Origin: Nemertoderma westbladi
Taxonomy: Eukaryota > Animalia > Xenacoelomorpha
Assembly (NCBI GenBank): GCA_032718475.1
Contig: JAUCBJ010007053.1
Span: 90,355-154,354, forward strand
Reading direction: 5' to 3'
DNA: 64,000 nt
Below, in pieces: positions 32,427 through 44,800 of this stretch (position 1 is its first letter; the number at the start of each line of letters is the position of its first letter). Position numbers and translations under genes: made by a program. Below the pieces are notes generated by a model that saw only the letters and a program-made list of their open reading frames with translations, did no database searches and was not told the DNA's origin.

Positions 32427-35400
32427 AATTCATTTCTTCCTGTCCCGTAAGTTTATCGCCTATTTAATTCTTCCTATCCCGTAGTTTATCGCCTATTTAA
32501 TTCTTCCTGTCCCGTAGTTTATCGCCTATTTAATTCTTCCTATCCCGTAGTTTATCACCTATTTAATTCTTCCTATCCCGTAGTTTATCGCCTATTTAAT
32601 TCTTCCTATCCCGTAAGTTTATCGCGTATTTAATTCTTCCTATCCCGTAGTTTATCGCCTATTTAATTCTTCCTATCCCGTAGTTTATCACCTATTTAAT
32701 TCTTCCTATCCCGTAGTTTATCACCTATTTAATTCTTCCTGTCCCGTAGTTTATCGCCTATTTAATTCTTCCTATCCTGTAGTTTATCACCTATTTAATT
32801 CTTCCTGTCCCGTAGTTTATCGCCTATTTAATTCTTCCTATCCCGTAGTTTATCACCTATTTAATTCTTCCTATCCCGTAGTTTATCGCCTATTTAATTC
32901 TTCCTATCCCGTAAGTTTATCGCGTATTTAATTCTTCCTATCCCGTAGTTTATCGCCTATTAATTCTTCCTATCCCGTAGTTTATCACCTATTAATTCTT
33001 TCTGTCCTGTAGTTTATCGCCTATTTAATTCTTCCTATCCCGTAGTTTATCGCCTATTTAATTCTTCCTATCCCGTAGTTTATCACCTATTTAATTCTTC
33101 CTGTCCCGTAGTTTATCGCCTATTTAATTCTTCCTATCCTGTAGTTTATCGCCTATTTAATTCTTCCTGTCCCGTAAGTTTATCACCTATTTAATTCTTT
33201 CTATCCCGTTGTTTATCACCTATTTAATTATTCCTGTCCCGTAAGTTTATCACCTATTTAATTCTTCCTATCCCGTAGTTTATCACCTATTAATTCTTTC
33301 TGTCCTGTAGTTTATCGCTTATTTAATTCTTCCTATCCCGTAGTTTATCGCCTATTTAATTCTTCCTATCCCGTAGTTTATCGCCTATTTAATTCTTCCT
33401 ATCCCGTAGTTTATCACCTATTTAATTCTTCGTATCCCGTAGTTTATCACCTATTTAATTCTTCCTGTCCCGTAGTTTATCACCTATTTAATTCTTCCTA
33501 TCCCGTAGTTTATCGCCTATTTAATTTTTCCTATCCCGTAGTTTATCGCCTATTTAATTCTTCCTGTCCCGTAGTTTATCGCCTATTTAATTCTTCCTAT
33601 CCCGTAGTTTATCGCCTATTTAATTCTTCCTATCCCGTAGTTTATCACCTATTAATTCTTTCTGTCCCGTAAGTTTATCGCCTATTTAATTCTTCCTGTC
33701 CCGTAAGTTTATCGCCTATTTAATTCTTCCTATCCCGTAGTTTATCGCCTATTTAATTCTTCCTATCCCGTAGTTTATCGCCTATTTAATTCTTCCTATC
33801 CCGTAAGTTTATCGCGTATTTAATTCTTCGTATCCCGTAGTTTATCGCCTATTTAATTCTTCCTATCCCGTAGTTTATCGCCTATTTAATTCTTCCTATC
33901 CCGTAGTTTATCACCTATTTAATTCTTCCTATCCCGTAGTTTATCGCCTATTTAATTCTTCCTGTCCCGTAAGTTTATCACCTATTTAATTCTTCCTATC
34001 CCGTAGTTTATCACCTATTAATTCTTCCTGTCCCGTAGTTTATCGCCTATTTAATTCTTCCTATCCCGTAGTTTATCACCTATTTAATTCTTCCTATCCC
34101 GTAGTTTATCACCTATTTAATTCTTCCTATCCCGTAGTTTATCACCTATTAATTCTTCCTATCCCGTAGTTTATCGCCTATTTAATTCTTCCTGTCCCGT
34201 AAGTTTATCGCCTATTTAATTCTTCCTATCCCGTAGTTTATCGCCTATTTAATTCTTCCTGTCCCGTAAGTTTATCGCCTATTTAATTCTTCCTATCCCG
34301 TAGTTTATCGCCTATTTAATTCTTCCTATCCCGTAGTTTATCACCTATTAATTCTTCCTATCCCGTAGTTTATCGCCTATTTAATTCTTCCTGTCCCGTA
34401 AGTTTATCGCCTATTTAATTCTTCCTATCCCGTAGTTTATCACCTATTTAATTCTTCCTATCCCGTAGTTTATCACCTATTTAATTCTTCCTATCCCGTA
34501 GTTTATCACCTATTTAATTCTTCCTGTCCCGTAAGTTTATCACCTATTTAATTCTTCCTATCCCGTTGTTTATCGCCTATTTAATTCTTCCTATCCCGTA
34601 AGTTTATCACCTATTTAATTCTTCCTATCCCGTAGTTTATCGCGTATTTAATTCTTCCTGTCCCGTAAGTTTATCGCCTATTTAATTCTTCCTATCCCGT
34701 AGTTTATCACCTATTTAATTCTTCCTGTCCCGTAAGTTTATCACCTATTTAATTCTTCCTATCCCGTAGTTTATCACCTATTTAATTCTTCCTGTCCCGT
34801 AAGTTTATCACCTATTTAATTCTTCCTATCCCGTTGTTTATCGCCTATTTAATTCTTCCTGTCCCGTAAGTTTATCGCCTATTTAATTCTTCCTATCCCG
34901 TAGTTTATCACCTATTTAATTCTTCCTATCCCGTAGTTTATCGCCTATTTAATTCTTCCTATCCCGTAGTTTATCACCTATTTAATTCTTCCTGTCCCGT
35001 AAGTTTATCACCTATTTAATTCTTCCTATCCCGTTGTTTATCGCCTATTTAATTCTTCCTGTCCCGTAAGTTTATCGCCTATTTAATTCTTCCTATCCCG
35101 TAGTTTATCACCTATTTAATTCTTCCTATCCCGTAGTTTATCGCCTATTTAATTCTTCCTGTCCCGTAAGTTTATCGCCTATTTAATTCTTCCTATCCCG
35201 TAGTTTATCACCTATTTAATTCTTCCTGTCCCGTAAGTTTATCACCTATTAAATTCTTCCTATCCCGTTGTTTATCACCTATTTAATTCTTCCTGTCCCG
35301 TAAGTTTATCGCCTATTTAATTCTTCCTATCCCGTAGTTTATCGCCTATTTAATTCTTCCTATCCCGTAGTTTATCACCTATTAATTCTTCCTGTCCCGT

Positions 35401-38400
35401 AAGTTTATCGCCTATTTAATTCTTCCTATCCCGTAAGTTTATCGCCTATTTAATTCTTCCTATCCCGTAGTTTATCACCTATTTAATTATTCCTGTCCCG
35501 TAAGTTTATCACCTATTTAATTCTTCCTATCCCGTAGTTTATCACCTATTAATTCTTCCTGTCCCGTAAGTTTATCGCCTATTTAATTCTTCCTATCCCG
35601 TAGTTTATCGCCTATTTAATTCTTCCTGTCCCGTAGTTTATCGCCTATTTAATTCTTCCTATCCCGTAGTTTATCACCTATTTAATTCTTCCTGTCCCGT
35701 AAGTTTATCACCTATTTAATTCTTCCTGTCCCGTAGTTTATCGCCTATTTAATTCTTCCTATCCCGTTGTTTATCACCTATTTAATTCTTTCTATCCCGT
35801 AGTTTATCACCTATTTAATTCTTCCTGTCCCGTAAGTTTATCGCCTATTTAATTCTTCGTATCCCGTAGTTTATCGCCTATTTAATTCTTCCTATCCCGT
35901 AGTTTATCGCCTATTTAATTCTTCCTATCCCGTAGTTTATCACCTATTTAATTCTTCCTATCCCGTAGTTTATCGCCTATTTAATTCTTCCTATCCCGTA
36001 GTTTATCACCTATTTAATTCTTCCTGTCCCGTAGTTTATCGCCTATTTAATTCTTCCTATCCCGTAAGTTTATCACCTATTAATTCTTCCTATCCCGTAG
36101 TTTATCGCCTATTTAATTCTTCCTGTCCCGTAAGTTTATCGCCTATTTAATTCTTCCTATCCCGTAGTTTATCGCCTATTTAATTCTTCCTGTCCCGTAA
36201 GTTTATCGCCTATTTAATTCTTCCTATCCCGTAAGTTTATCGCCTATTTAATTCTTCCTATCCCGTAGTTTATCACCTATTAATTCTTTCTGTCCTGTAG
36301 TTTATCGCCTATTTAATTCTTCCTGTCCCGTAGTTTATCGCCTATTTAATTCTTCCTATCCCGTAGTTTATCACCTATTAATTCTTTCTGTCCCGTAGTT
36401 TATCGCCTATTTAATTCTTCCTATCCCGTAGTTTATCGCCTATTTAATTCTTCCTATCCCGTAAGTTTATCGCGTATTTAATTCTTCCTATCCCGTAGTT
36501 TATCGCCTATTTAATTCTTCCTATCCCGTAGTTTATCGCCTATTTAATTCTTCCTATCCCGTAGTTTATCACCTATTTAATTCTTCCTATCCCGTAGTTT
36601 ATCGCCTATTTAATTCTTCCTGTCCCGTAAGTTTATCACCTATTTAATTCTTCCTATCCCGTAGTTTATCACCTATTTAATTCTTCCTGTCCCGTAGTTT
36701 ATCGCCTATTTAATTCTTCCTATCCCGTAGTTTATCACCTATTTAATTCTTCCTATCCCGTAGTTTATCGCTTATTAATTCTTCCTATCCCGTAGTTTAT
36801 CGCCTATTTAATTCTTCCTATCCCGTAAGTTTATCGCCTATTTAATTCTTCCTATCCCGTAGTTTATCGCTTATTAATTCTTCCTATCCCGTAGTTTATC
36901 GCCTATTTAATTCTTCCTATCCCGTAGTTTATCGCCTATTTAATTCTTCCTATCCCGTAGTTTATCGCCTATTTTTAATTCTTCGTATCCCGTAGTTTAT
37001 CACCTATTTAATTCTTCCTATCCCGTAGTTTATCACCTATTTAATTCTTCCTGTCCCGTAGTTTATCGCCTATTTAATTCTTCCTATCCCGTAGTTTATC
37101 GCCTATTTAATTCTTCCTATCCCGTAGTTTATCGCCTATTTTTAATTCTTCGTATCCCGTAGTTTATCACCTATTTAATTCTTCCTATCCCGTAGTTTAT
37201 CACCTATTTAATTCTTCCTGTCCCGTAGTTTATCGCCTATTTAATTCTTCCTATCCCGTAGTTTATCACCTATTTAATTCTTCCTATCCCGTAGTTTATC
37301 GCTTATTAATTCTTCCTATCCCGTAGTTTATCGCCTATTTAATTCTTCCTATCCCGTAGTTTATCACCTATTAATTCTTCCTGTCCCGTAAGTTTATCAC
37401 CTATTTAATTCTTCCTATCCCGTAGTTTATCACCTATTTAATTCTTCCTATCCCGTAAGTTTATCGCCTATTTAATTCTTCCTATCCCGTAGTTTATCGC
37501 TTATTAATTCTTCCTATCCCGTAGTTTATCGCCTATTTAATTCTTCCTATCCCGTAAGTTTATCGCCTATTTAATTCTTCCTATCCCGTAAGTTTATCGC
37601 CTATTTAATTCTTCCTATCCCGTAGTTTATCGCTTATTAATTCTTCCTATCCCGTAGTTTATCGCCTATTTAATTCTTCCTATCCCGTAAGTTTATCGCC
37701 TATTTAATTCTTCCTATCCCGTAGTTTATCGCTTATTAATTCTTCCTATCCCGTAGTTTATCGCCTATTTAATTCTTCCTATCCCGTAAGTTTATCGCCT
37801 ATTTAATTCTTCCTATCCCGTAGTTTATCGCTTATTAATTCTTCCTATCCCGTAGTTTATCGCCTATTTAATTCTTCCTATCCCGTAAGTTTATCGCCTA
37901 TTTAATTCTTCCTATCCCGTAGTTTATCGCCTATTTAATTCTTCCTATCCCGTAGTTTATCGCTTATTAATTCTTCCTATCCCGTAGTTTATCGCCTATT
38001 TAATTCTTCCTATCCCGTAAGTTTATCGCCTATTTAATTCTTCCTATCCCGTAAGTTTATCACCTATTTAATTCTTCCTATCCCGTAGTTTATCGCTTAT
38101 TAATTCTTCCTATCCCGTAGTTTATCGCCTATTTAATTCTTCCTATCCCGTAAGTTTATCGCCTATTTAATTCTTCCTATCCCGTAGTTTATCGCGTATT
38201 TAATTCTTCCTATCCCGTAGTTTATCGCGTATTTAATTCTTCCTATCCCGTAGTTTATCACCTATTTAATTCTTCCTATCCCGTAGTTTATCACCTATTT
38301 AATTCTTCCTATCCCGTAGTTTATCGCCTATTAATTCTTCCTATCCCGTAGTTTATCGCCTATTTAATTCTTCCTGTCCCGTAGTTTATCGCCTATTTAA

Positions 38401-41400
38401 TTCTTCCTATCCCGTAGTTTATCGCCTATTTAATTCTTCCTATCCCGTAGTTTATCGCCTATTTAATTCTTCCTGTCCCGTAGTTTATCGCCTATTTAAT
38501 TCTTCCTATCCCGTAGTTTATCGCCTATTTAATTCTTCCTATCCCGTAGTTTATCACCTATTTAATTCTTCCTATCCCGTAGTTTATCACCTATTAATTC
38601 TTCCTATCCCGTAGTTTATCGCCTATTAATTCTTCCTATCCCGTAGTTTATCACCTATTTAATTCTTCCTATCCCGTAGTTTATCGCCTATTTAATTCTT
38701 CCTATCCCGTAGTTTATCGCCTATTTAATTCTTCCTATCCCGTAGTTTATCGCCTATTTAATTCTTCCTATCCCGTAGTTTATCACCTATTTAATTCTTC
38801 CTATCCCGTAGTTTATCACCTATTTAATTCTTCCTGTCCCGTAAGTTTATCACCTATTTAATTCTTCCTATCCCGTAAGTTTATCGCCTATTTAATTCTT
38901 CCTATCCCGTAGTTTATCACCTATTTAATTCTTCCTATCCCGTAGTTTATCACCTATTAATTCTTCCTGTCCCGTAGTTTATCGCCTATTTAATTCTTCC
39001 TATCCCGTAGTTTATCGCCTATTTAATTCTTCCTGTCCCGTAAGTTTATCGCCTATTTAATTCTTCCTGTCCCGTAAGTTTATCGCCTATTTAATTCTTC
39101 CTATCCCGTAAGTTTATCACCTATTTAATTATTCGTATTCCGTAGTTTATCACCTATTTAATTCTTCCTGTCCCGTAAGTTTATCGCCTATTTAATTCTT
39201 CCTATCCCGTAGTTTATCGCCTATTTTTAATTCTTCGTATCCCGTAGTTTATCGCCTATTTAATTCTTCCTGTCCCGTAGTTTATCGCCTATTTAATTCT
39301 TCCTATCCCGTAGTTTATCGCGTATTTAATTCTTCCTGTCCCGTAAGTATATCGCCTATTTAATTCTTCCTATCCCGTAGTTTATCACCTATTTAATTCT
39401 TCCTATCCCGTAGTTTATCGCCTATTTAATTCTTCCTATCCCGTAGTTTATCGCCTATTTAATTCTTCCTATCCCGTAGTTTATCGCCTATTTAATTCTT
39501 CCTATCCCGTAGTTTATCGCCTATTTAATTCTTCCTGTCCCGTAGTTTATCGCCTATTTAATTCTTCCTATCCCGTAGTTTATCGCCTATTTAATTCTTC
39601 CTGTCCCGTAAGTTTATCACCTATTTAATTCTTCCTATCCCGTAGTTTATCGCCTATTTAATTCTTCCTATCCCGTAGTTTATCGCCTATTTAATTCTTC
39701 CTATCCCGTAGTTTATCGCCTATTTAATTCTTCCTGTCCCGTAGTTTATCGCCTATTTAATTCTTCCTATCCCGTAGTTTATCGCCTATTTAATTCTTCC
39801 TGTCCCGTAAGTTTATCACCTATTTAATTCTTCCTATCCCGTAGTTTATCACCTATTTAATTCTTCCTAACCCGTAGTTTATCACCTATTTAATTCTTCC
39901 TATCCCGTAGTTTATCGCCTATTTAATTCTTCCTATCCCGTAGTTTATCGCCTATTTAATTCTTCCTGTCCCGTAAGTTTATCACCTATTTAATTCTTCC
40001 TATCCCGTAGTTTATCACCTATTTAATTCTTCCTATCCCGTAGTTTATCGCCTATTTAATTCTTCCTATCCCGTAGTTTATCTCCTATTTAATTCTTCCT
40101 GTCCCGTAAGTTTATCGCCTATTTAATTCTTCCTATCCCGTAGTTTATCGCCTATTTAATTCTTCCTATCCCGTAGTTTATCACCTATTTAATTCTTCCT
40201 GTCCCATAAGTTTATCGCCTATTTAATTCTTCCTATCCCGTAAGTTTATCGCCTATTTAATTCTTCCTATCCCGTAGTTTATCGCCTATTTAATTCTTCC
40301 TATCCCGTAGTTTATCGCCTATTTAATTCTTCCTGTCCCGTAGTTTATCGCCTATTTAATTCTTCCTATCCCGTAGTTTATCACCTATTTAATTCTTCCT
40401 GTCCCGTAAGTTTATCGCCTATTTAATTCTTCCTATCCCGTAAGTTTATCGCCTATTTAATTCTTCCTATCCCGTAAGTTTATCGCCTATTTAATTCTTC
40501 CTATCCCGTAGTTTATCACCTATTAATTCTTCCTGTCCCGTAGTTTATCGCCTATTTAATTCTTCCTATCCCGTAGTTTATCGCCTATTTAATTCTTCCT
40601 ATCCCGTAGTTTATCGCCTATTTAATTCTTCCTATCCCGTAGTTTATCGCCTATTTAATTCTTCCTATCCCGTAGTTTATCGCCTATTTAATTCTTCCTA
40701 TCCCGTAGTTTATCGCCTATTTAATTCTTCCTATCCCGTAGTTTATCGCCTATTTAATTCTTCCTATCCCGTAAGTTTATCGCCTATTTAATTCTTCGTA
40801 TCCCGTAGTTTATCTCCTATTTAATTCTTCCTATCCCGTAGTTTATCGCGTATTTAATTCTTCCTGTCCCGTAAGTTTATCGCCTATTTAATTCTTCCTA
40901 TCCCGTAGTTTATCACCTATTAATTCTTCCTGTCCCGTAGTTTATCGCCTATTTAATTCTTCCTATCCCGTAAGTTTATCGCCTATTTAATTCTTCGTAT
41001 CCCGTAGTTTATCTCCTATTTAATTCTTCCTATCCCGTAGTTTATCGCGTATTTAATTCTTCCTGTCCCGTAAGTTTATCGCCTATTTAATTCTTCCTAT
41101 CCCGTAGTTTATCACCTATTAATTCTTCCTGTCCCGTAGTTTATCGCCTATTTAATTCTTCCTATCCCGTAAGTTTATCGCCTATTTAATTCTTCGTATC
41201 CCGTAGTTTATCTCCTATTTAATTCTTCCTATCCCGTAGTTTATCGCCTATTTAATTCTTCCTATCCCGTAGTTTATCGCCTATTTAATTCTTCCTATCC
41301 CGTAGTTTATCGCCTATTTAATTCTTCCTATCCCGTAGTTTATCGCCTATTTAATTCTTCCTATCCCGTAAGTTTATCGCCTATTTAATTCTTCGTATCC

Positions 41401-41677
41401 CGTAGTTTATCTCCTATTTAATTCTTCCTATCCCGTAGTTTATCGCCTATTTAATTCTTCGTATCCCGTAGTTTATCTCCTATTTAATTCTTCCTATCCC
41501 GTAGTTTATCGCCTATTTAATTCTTCCTATCCCGTAGTTTATCGCCTATTTAATTCTTCCTATCCCGTAGTTTATCGCCTATTTAATTCTTCCTGTCCCG
41601 TAAGTTTATCGCCTATTTAATTCTTCCTATCCCGTAAGTTTATCGCCTATTCATTTCTTCCTATCCCGTAGTTTATC
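32427..41677 (+). repeat. 33-bp satellite derived from the splice acceptor of exon F (TATTTAATTCTTCCTATCCCGTAG|TTTATCGCC), about 280 copies
   Basis: Period 33 (32-35 variants); the final monomer is the actual acceptor and continues as TTTATC into the exon. Confidence 0.95.
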
Positions 41678-41828
41678 CATTCTCGACGTCGCCTACATAG
41701 ATGTCGCTTTCCGTTGCGTCGATTTTCTACTCGCGCTTTGGTTTCCCCTCGCCCTCTGGAACTGGGCGCATCCGGAACAGAATTGGTGTCTCAACCCACA
41801 GAAACTAATAAAACTAACGGACATTCAG
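41672..41828 (+). CDS. Exon F of the membrane protein gene (further TM helix)
   Basis: cccgtag|...|gtaata; phase 2 in, matching exon E (AA+T = Asn). Reads LSILDVAYIDVAFRCVDFLLALWFPLALWNWAHPEQNWCLNPQKLIKLTDIQ, stop-free and hydrophobic, and is the only unique sequence between two satellites. Confidence 0.85.
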
Positions 41829-44800
41829 GTAATAACAACTGTTCCACCCACAGAAACTCCTAAAACTAACGGACATTCAGGTAATAACTGTTCCACCCAC
41901 AGAAAGTCATGAAACTAACGAACATTCAGGTAATAACTGTTCCACCCACAGAAACTCCTAAAACTAACGGACATTCAGGTAATAACTGTTCCACCCACAG
42001 AAAGTCATGAAACTAACGAACATTCAGGTAATAACTGTTCCACCCACAGAAAGTCATGAAACTAACGAACATTCAGGTAATAACTGTTCCACCCACAGAA
42101 ACTCCTAAAACTAACGGACATTCAGGTAATAACAACTGTTCCACCCACAGAAACTCATAAAAATAACGGACATTCAGGTAATAACTGTTCCACCCACAGA
42201 AACTCCTAAAACTAACGGACATTCAGGTAATAACTGTTCCACCCACAGTAACTCATAAAACTAACGGACATTCAGGTAATAACAACTGTTCCACCCACAG
42301 AAACTCATAAAAATAACGGACATTCAGGTAATAACTGTTCCACCCACAGAAACTCATAAAACTAACGGACATTCAGGTAATAACTGTTCCACCCACAGAA
42401 ACTCATAATACTAACGGACATTCAGGTAATAACAACTGTTCCACCCACAGAAACTCATAATACTAACGGATATACAGGTAATAACAACTGTTCCACCCAC
42501 AGTAACTCATAAAACTAACGGACATTCAGGTAATAACTGTTCCACCCACAGAAACTCATAAAACTAACGGACATTCAGGTAATAACTGTTCCACCCTCAG
42601 AAACTCATAATACTAACGGACATTCAGGTAATAACAACTGTTCCACCCACAGAAACTCATAATACTAACGGATATACAGGTAATAACAACTGTTCCACCC
42701 ACAGTAACTCATAAAACTAACGGACATTCAGGTAATAACTGTTCCACCCACAGAAACTCATAAAACTAACGGACATTCAGGTAATAACTGTTCCACCCTC
42801 AGAAACTCATAATACTAACGGACATTCAGGTAATAACTGTTCCACCCACAGTAACTCATAAAGCTAACGGACATTCAGGTAATAACTGTTCCACCCACAG
42901 AAACTCATAAAACTAACGGACATTCAGGTAATAACTGTTCCACCCACAGAAACTCATAAAACTAACGGACATTCAGGTAATAACTGTTCCTCCCACAGAA
43001 ACTCATAAAACTAACGAACATTCAGGTAATAACTGTTCCACCCACAGAAACTCATAAAACTAACGGACATTCAGGTAATAACTGTTCCACCCACAGAAAC
43101 TCATAAAACTAACGGACATTCAGGTAATAACTGTTCCACCCACAGAAACTCATAAAACTAACGGACATTCAGGTAATAACTGTTCCACCCACAGAAACTC
43201 ATAAAACTAACGGACATTCAGGTAATAACTGTTCCACCCACAGAAACTCATAAAACTAACGGACATTCAGGTAATAACTGTTCCTCCCACAGAAACTCAT
43301 AAAACTAACGGACATTCAGGTAATAACAACTGTTCCACCCACAGTAACTCATAAAACTAACGGACATTCAGGTAATAACTGTTCCACCCACAGAAACTCA
43401 TAAAACTAACGGACATTCAGGTAATAACTGTTCCACCCACAGAAACTCATAAAACTAACGGACATTCAGGTAATAACTGTTCCACCCACAGTAACTCATA
43501 AAACTAACTGACATTCAGGTAATAACAACTGTTCCACCCACAGTAACTCATAAAACTAACGGACATTCAGGTAATAACTGTTCCACCCACAGTAACTCAT
43601 AAAACTAACTGACATTCAGGTAATAACAACTGTTCCACCCACAGAAACTCATAAAAATAACGGACATTCAGGTAATAACTGTTCCACCCACAGAAACTCA
43701 TAAAACTAACGGACATTCAGGTAATAACTGTTCCACCCACAGAAACTCATAAAACTAACGGACATTCAGGTAATAACTGTTCCACCCACAGAAAGTCATG
43801 AAACTAACGAACATTCAGGTAATAACTGTTCCACCCACAGAAACTCATAGAACTAACGGACATTCAGGTAATAATAACTGTTCCACCCACAGAAACTCTT
43901 AAAAATAACGGACATTCAGGTAATAACTGTTCCACCCACAGAAACTCATAAAAATAACGGACATTCAGGTAATAACTGTTCCACCCACAGAAACTCATAA
44001 AACTAACGGACATTCAGGTAATAACTGTTCCACCCTCAGAAACACATAATACTAACGGACATTCAGGTAATAACTGTTCCACCCACAGTAACTCATAAAG
44101 CTAACGGACATTCAGGTAATAACTGTTCCACCCACAGAAACTCATAATACTAACGGACATTCAGGTAATAACTGTTCCACCCACAGAAACTCATAAAACT
44201 AACGGACATTCAGGTAATAACTGTTCCACCCACAGAAACTCATAAAACTAACGGACATTCAGGTAATAACTGTTCCACCCACAGAAACTCATAAAACTAA
44301 CGGACATTCAGGTAATAACTGTTCCACCCACAGAAACTCATAAAACTAACGGACATTCAGGTAATAACTGTTCCTCCCACAGAAACTCATAAAACTAACG
44401 GACATTCAGGTAATAACAACTGTTCCACCCACAGTAACTCATAAAACTAACGGACATTCAGGTAATAACTGTTCCACCCACAGAAACTCATAAAACTAAC
44501 GGACATTCAGGTAATAACTGTTCCACCCACAGAAACTCATAAAACTAACGGACATTCAGGTAATAACTGTTCCTCCCACAGAAACTCATAAAACTAACGG
44601 ACATTCAGGTAATAACAACTGTTCCACCCACAGAAACTCATAAAACTAACGGACATTCAGGTAATAACTGTTCCACCCACAGAAACTCATAAAACTAACG
44701 GACATTCAGGTAATAACTGTTCCACCCACAGTAACTCATAAAACTAACGGACATTCAGGTAATAACAACTGTTCCACCCACAGTAACTCATAAAACTAAC

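Noticed and set aside
30519-32428. Single TTAA-flanked element with poly-G/poly-C ends
   Set aside because: Inverted similarity does not extend beyond the homopolymers.
41829-41912. Exon F as a terminal exon reading into the satellite (VITTVPPTETPKTNGHSGNNCSTHRKS*)
   Set aside because: Formally possible, but CAG|GTAATA is a plausible donor and I saw no AATAAA in the monomer; not excluded without RNA data.
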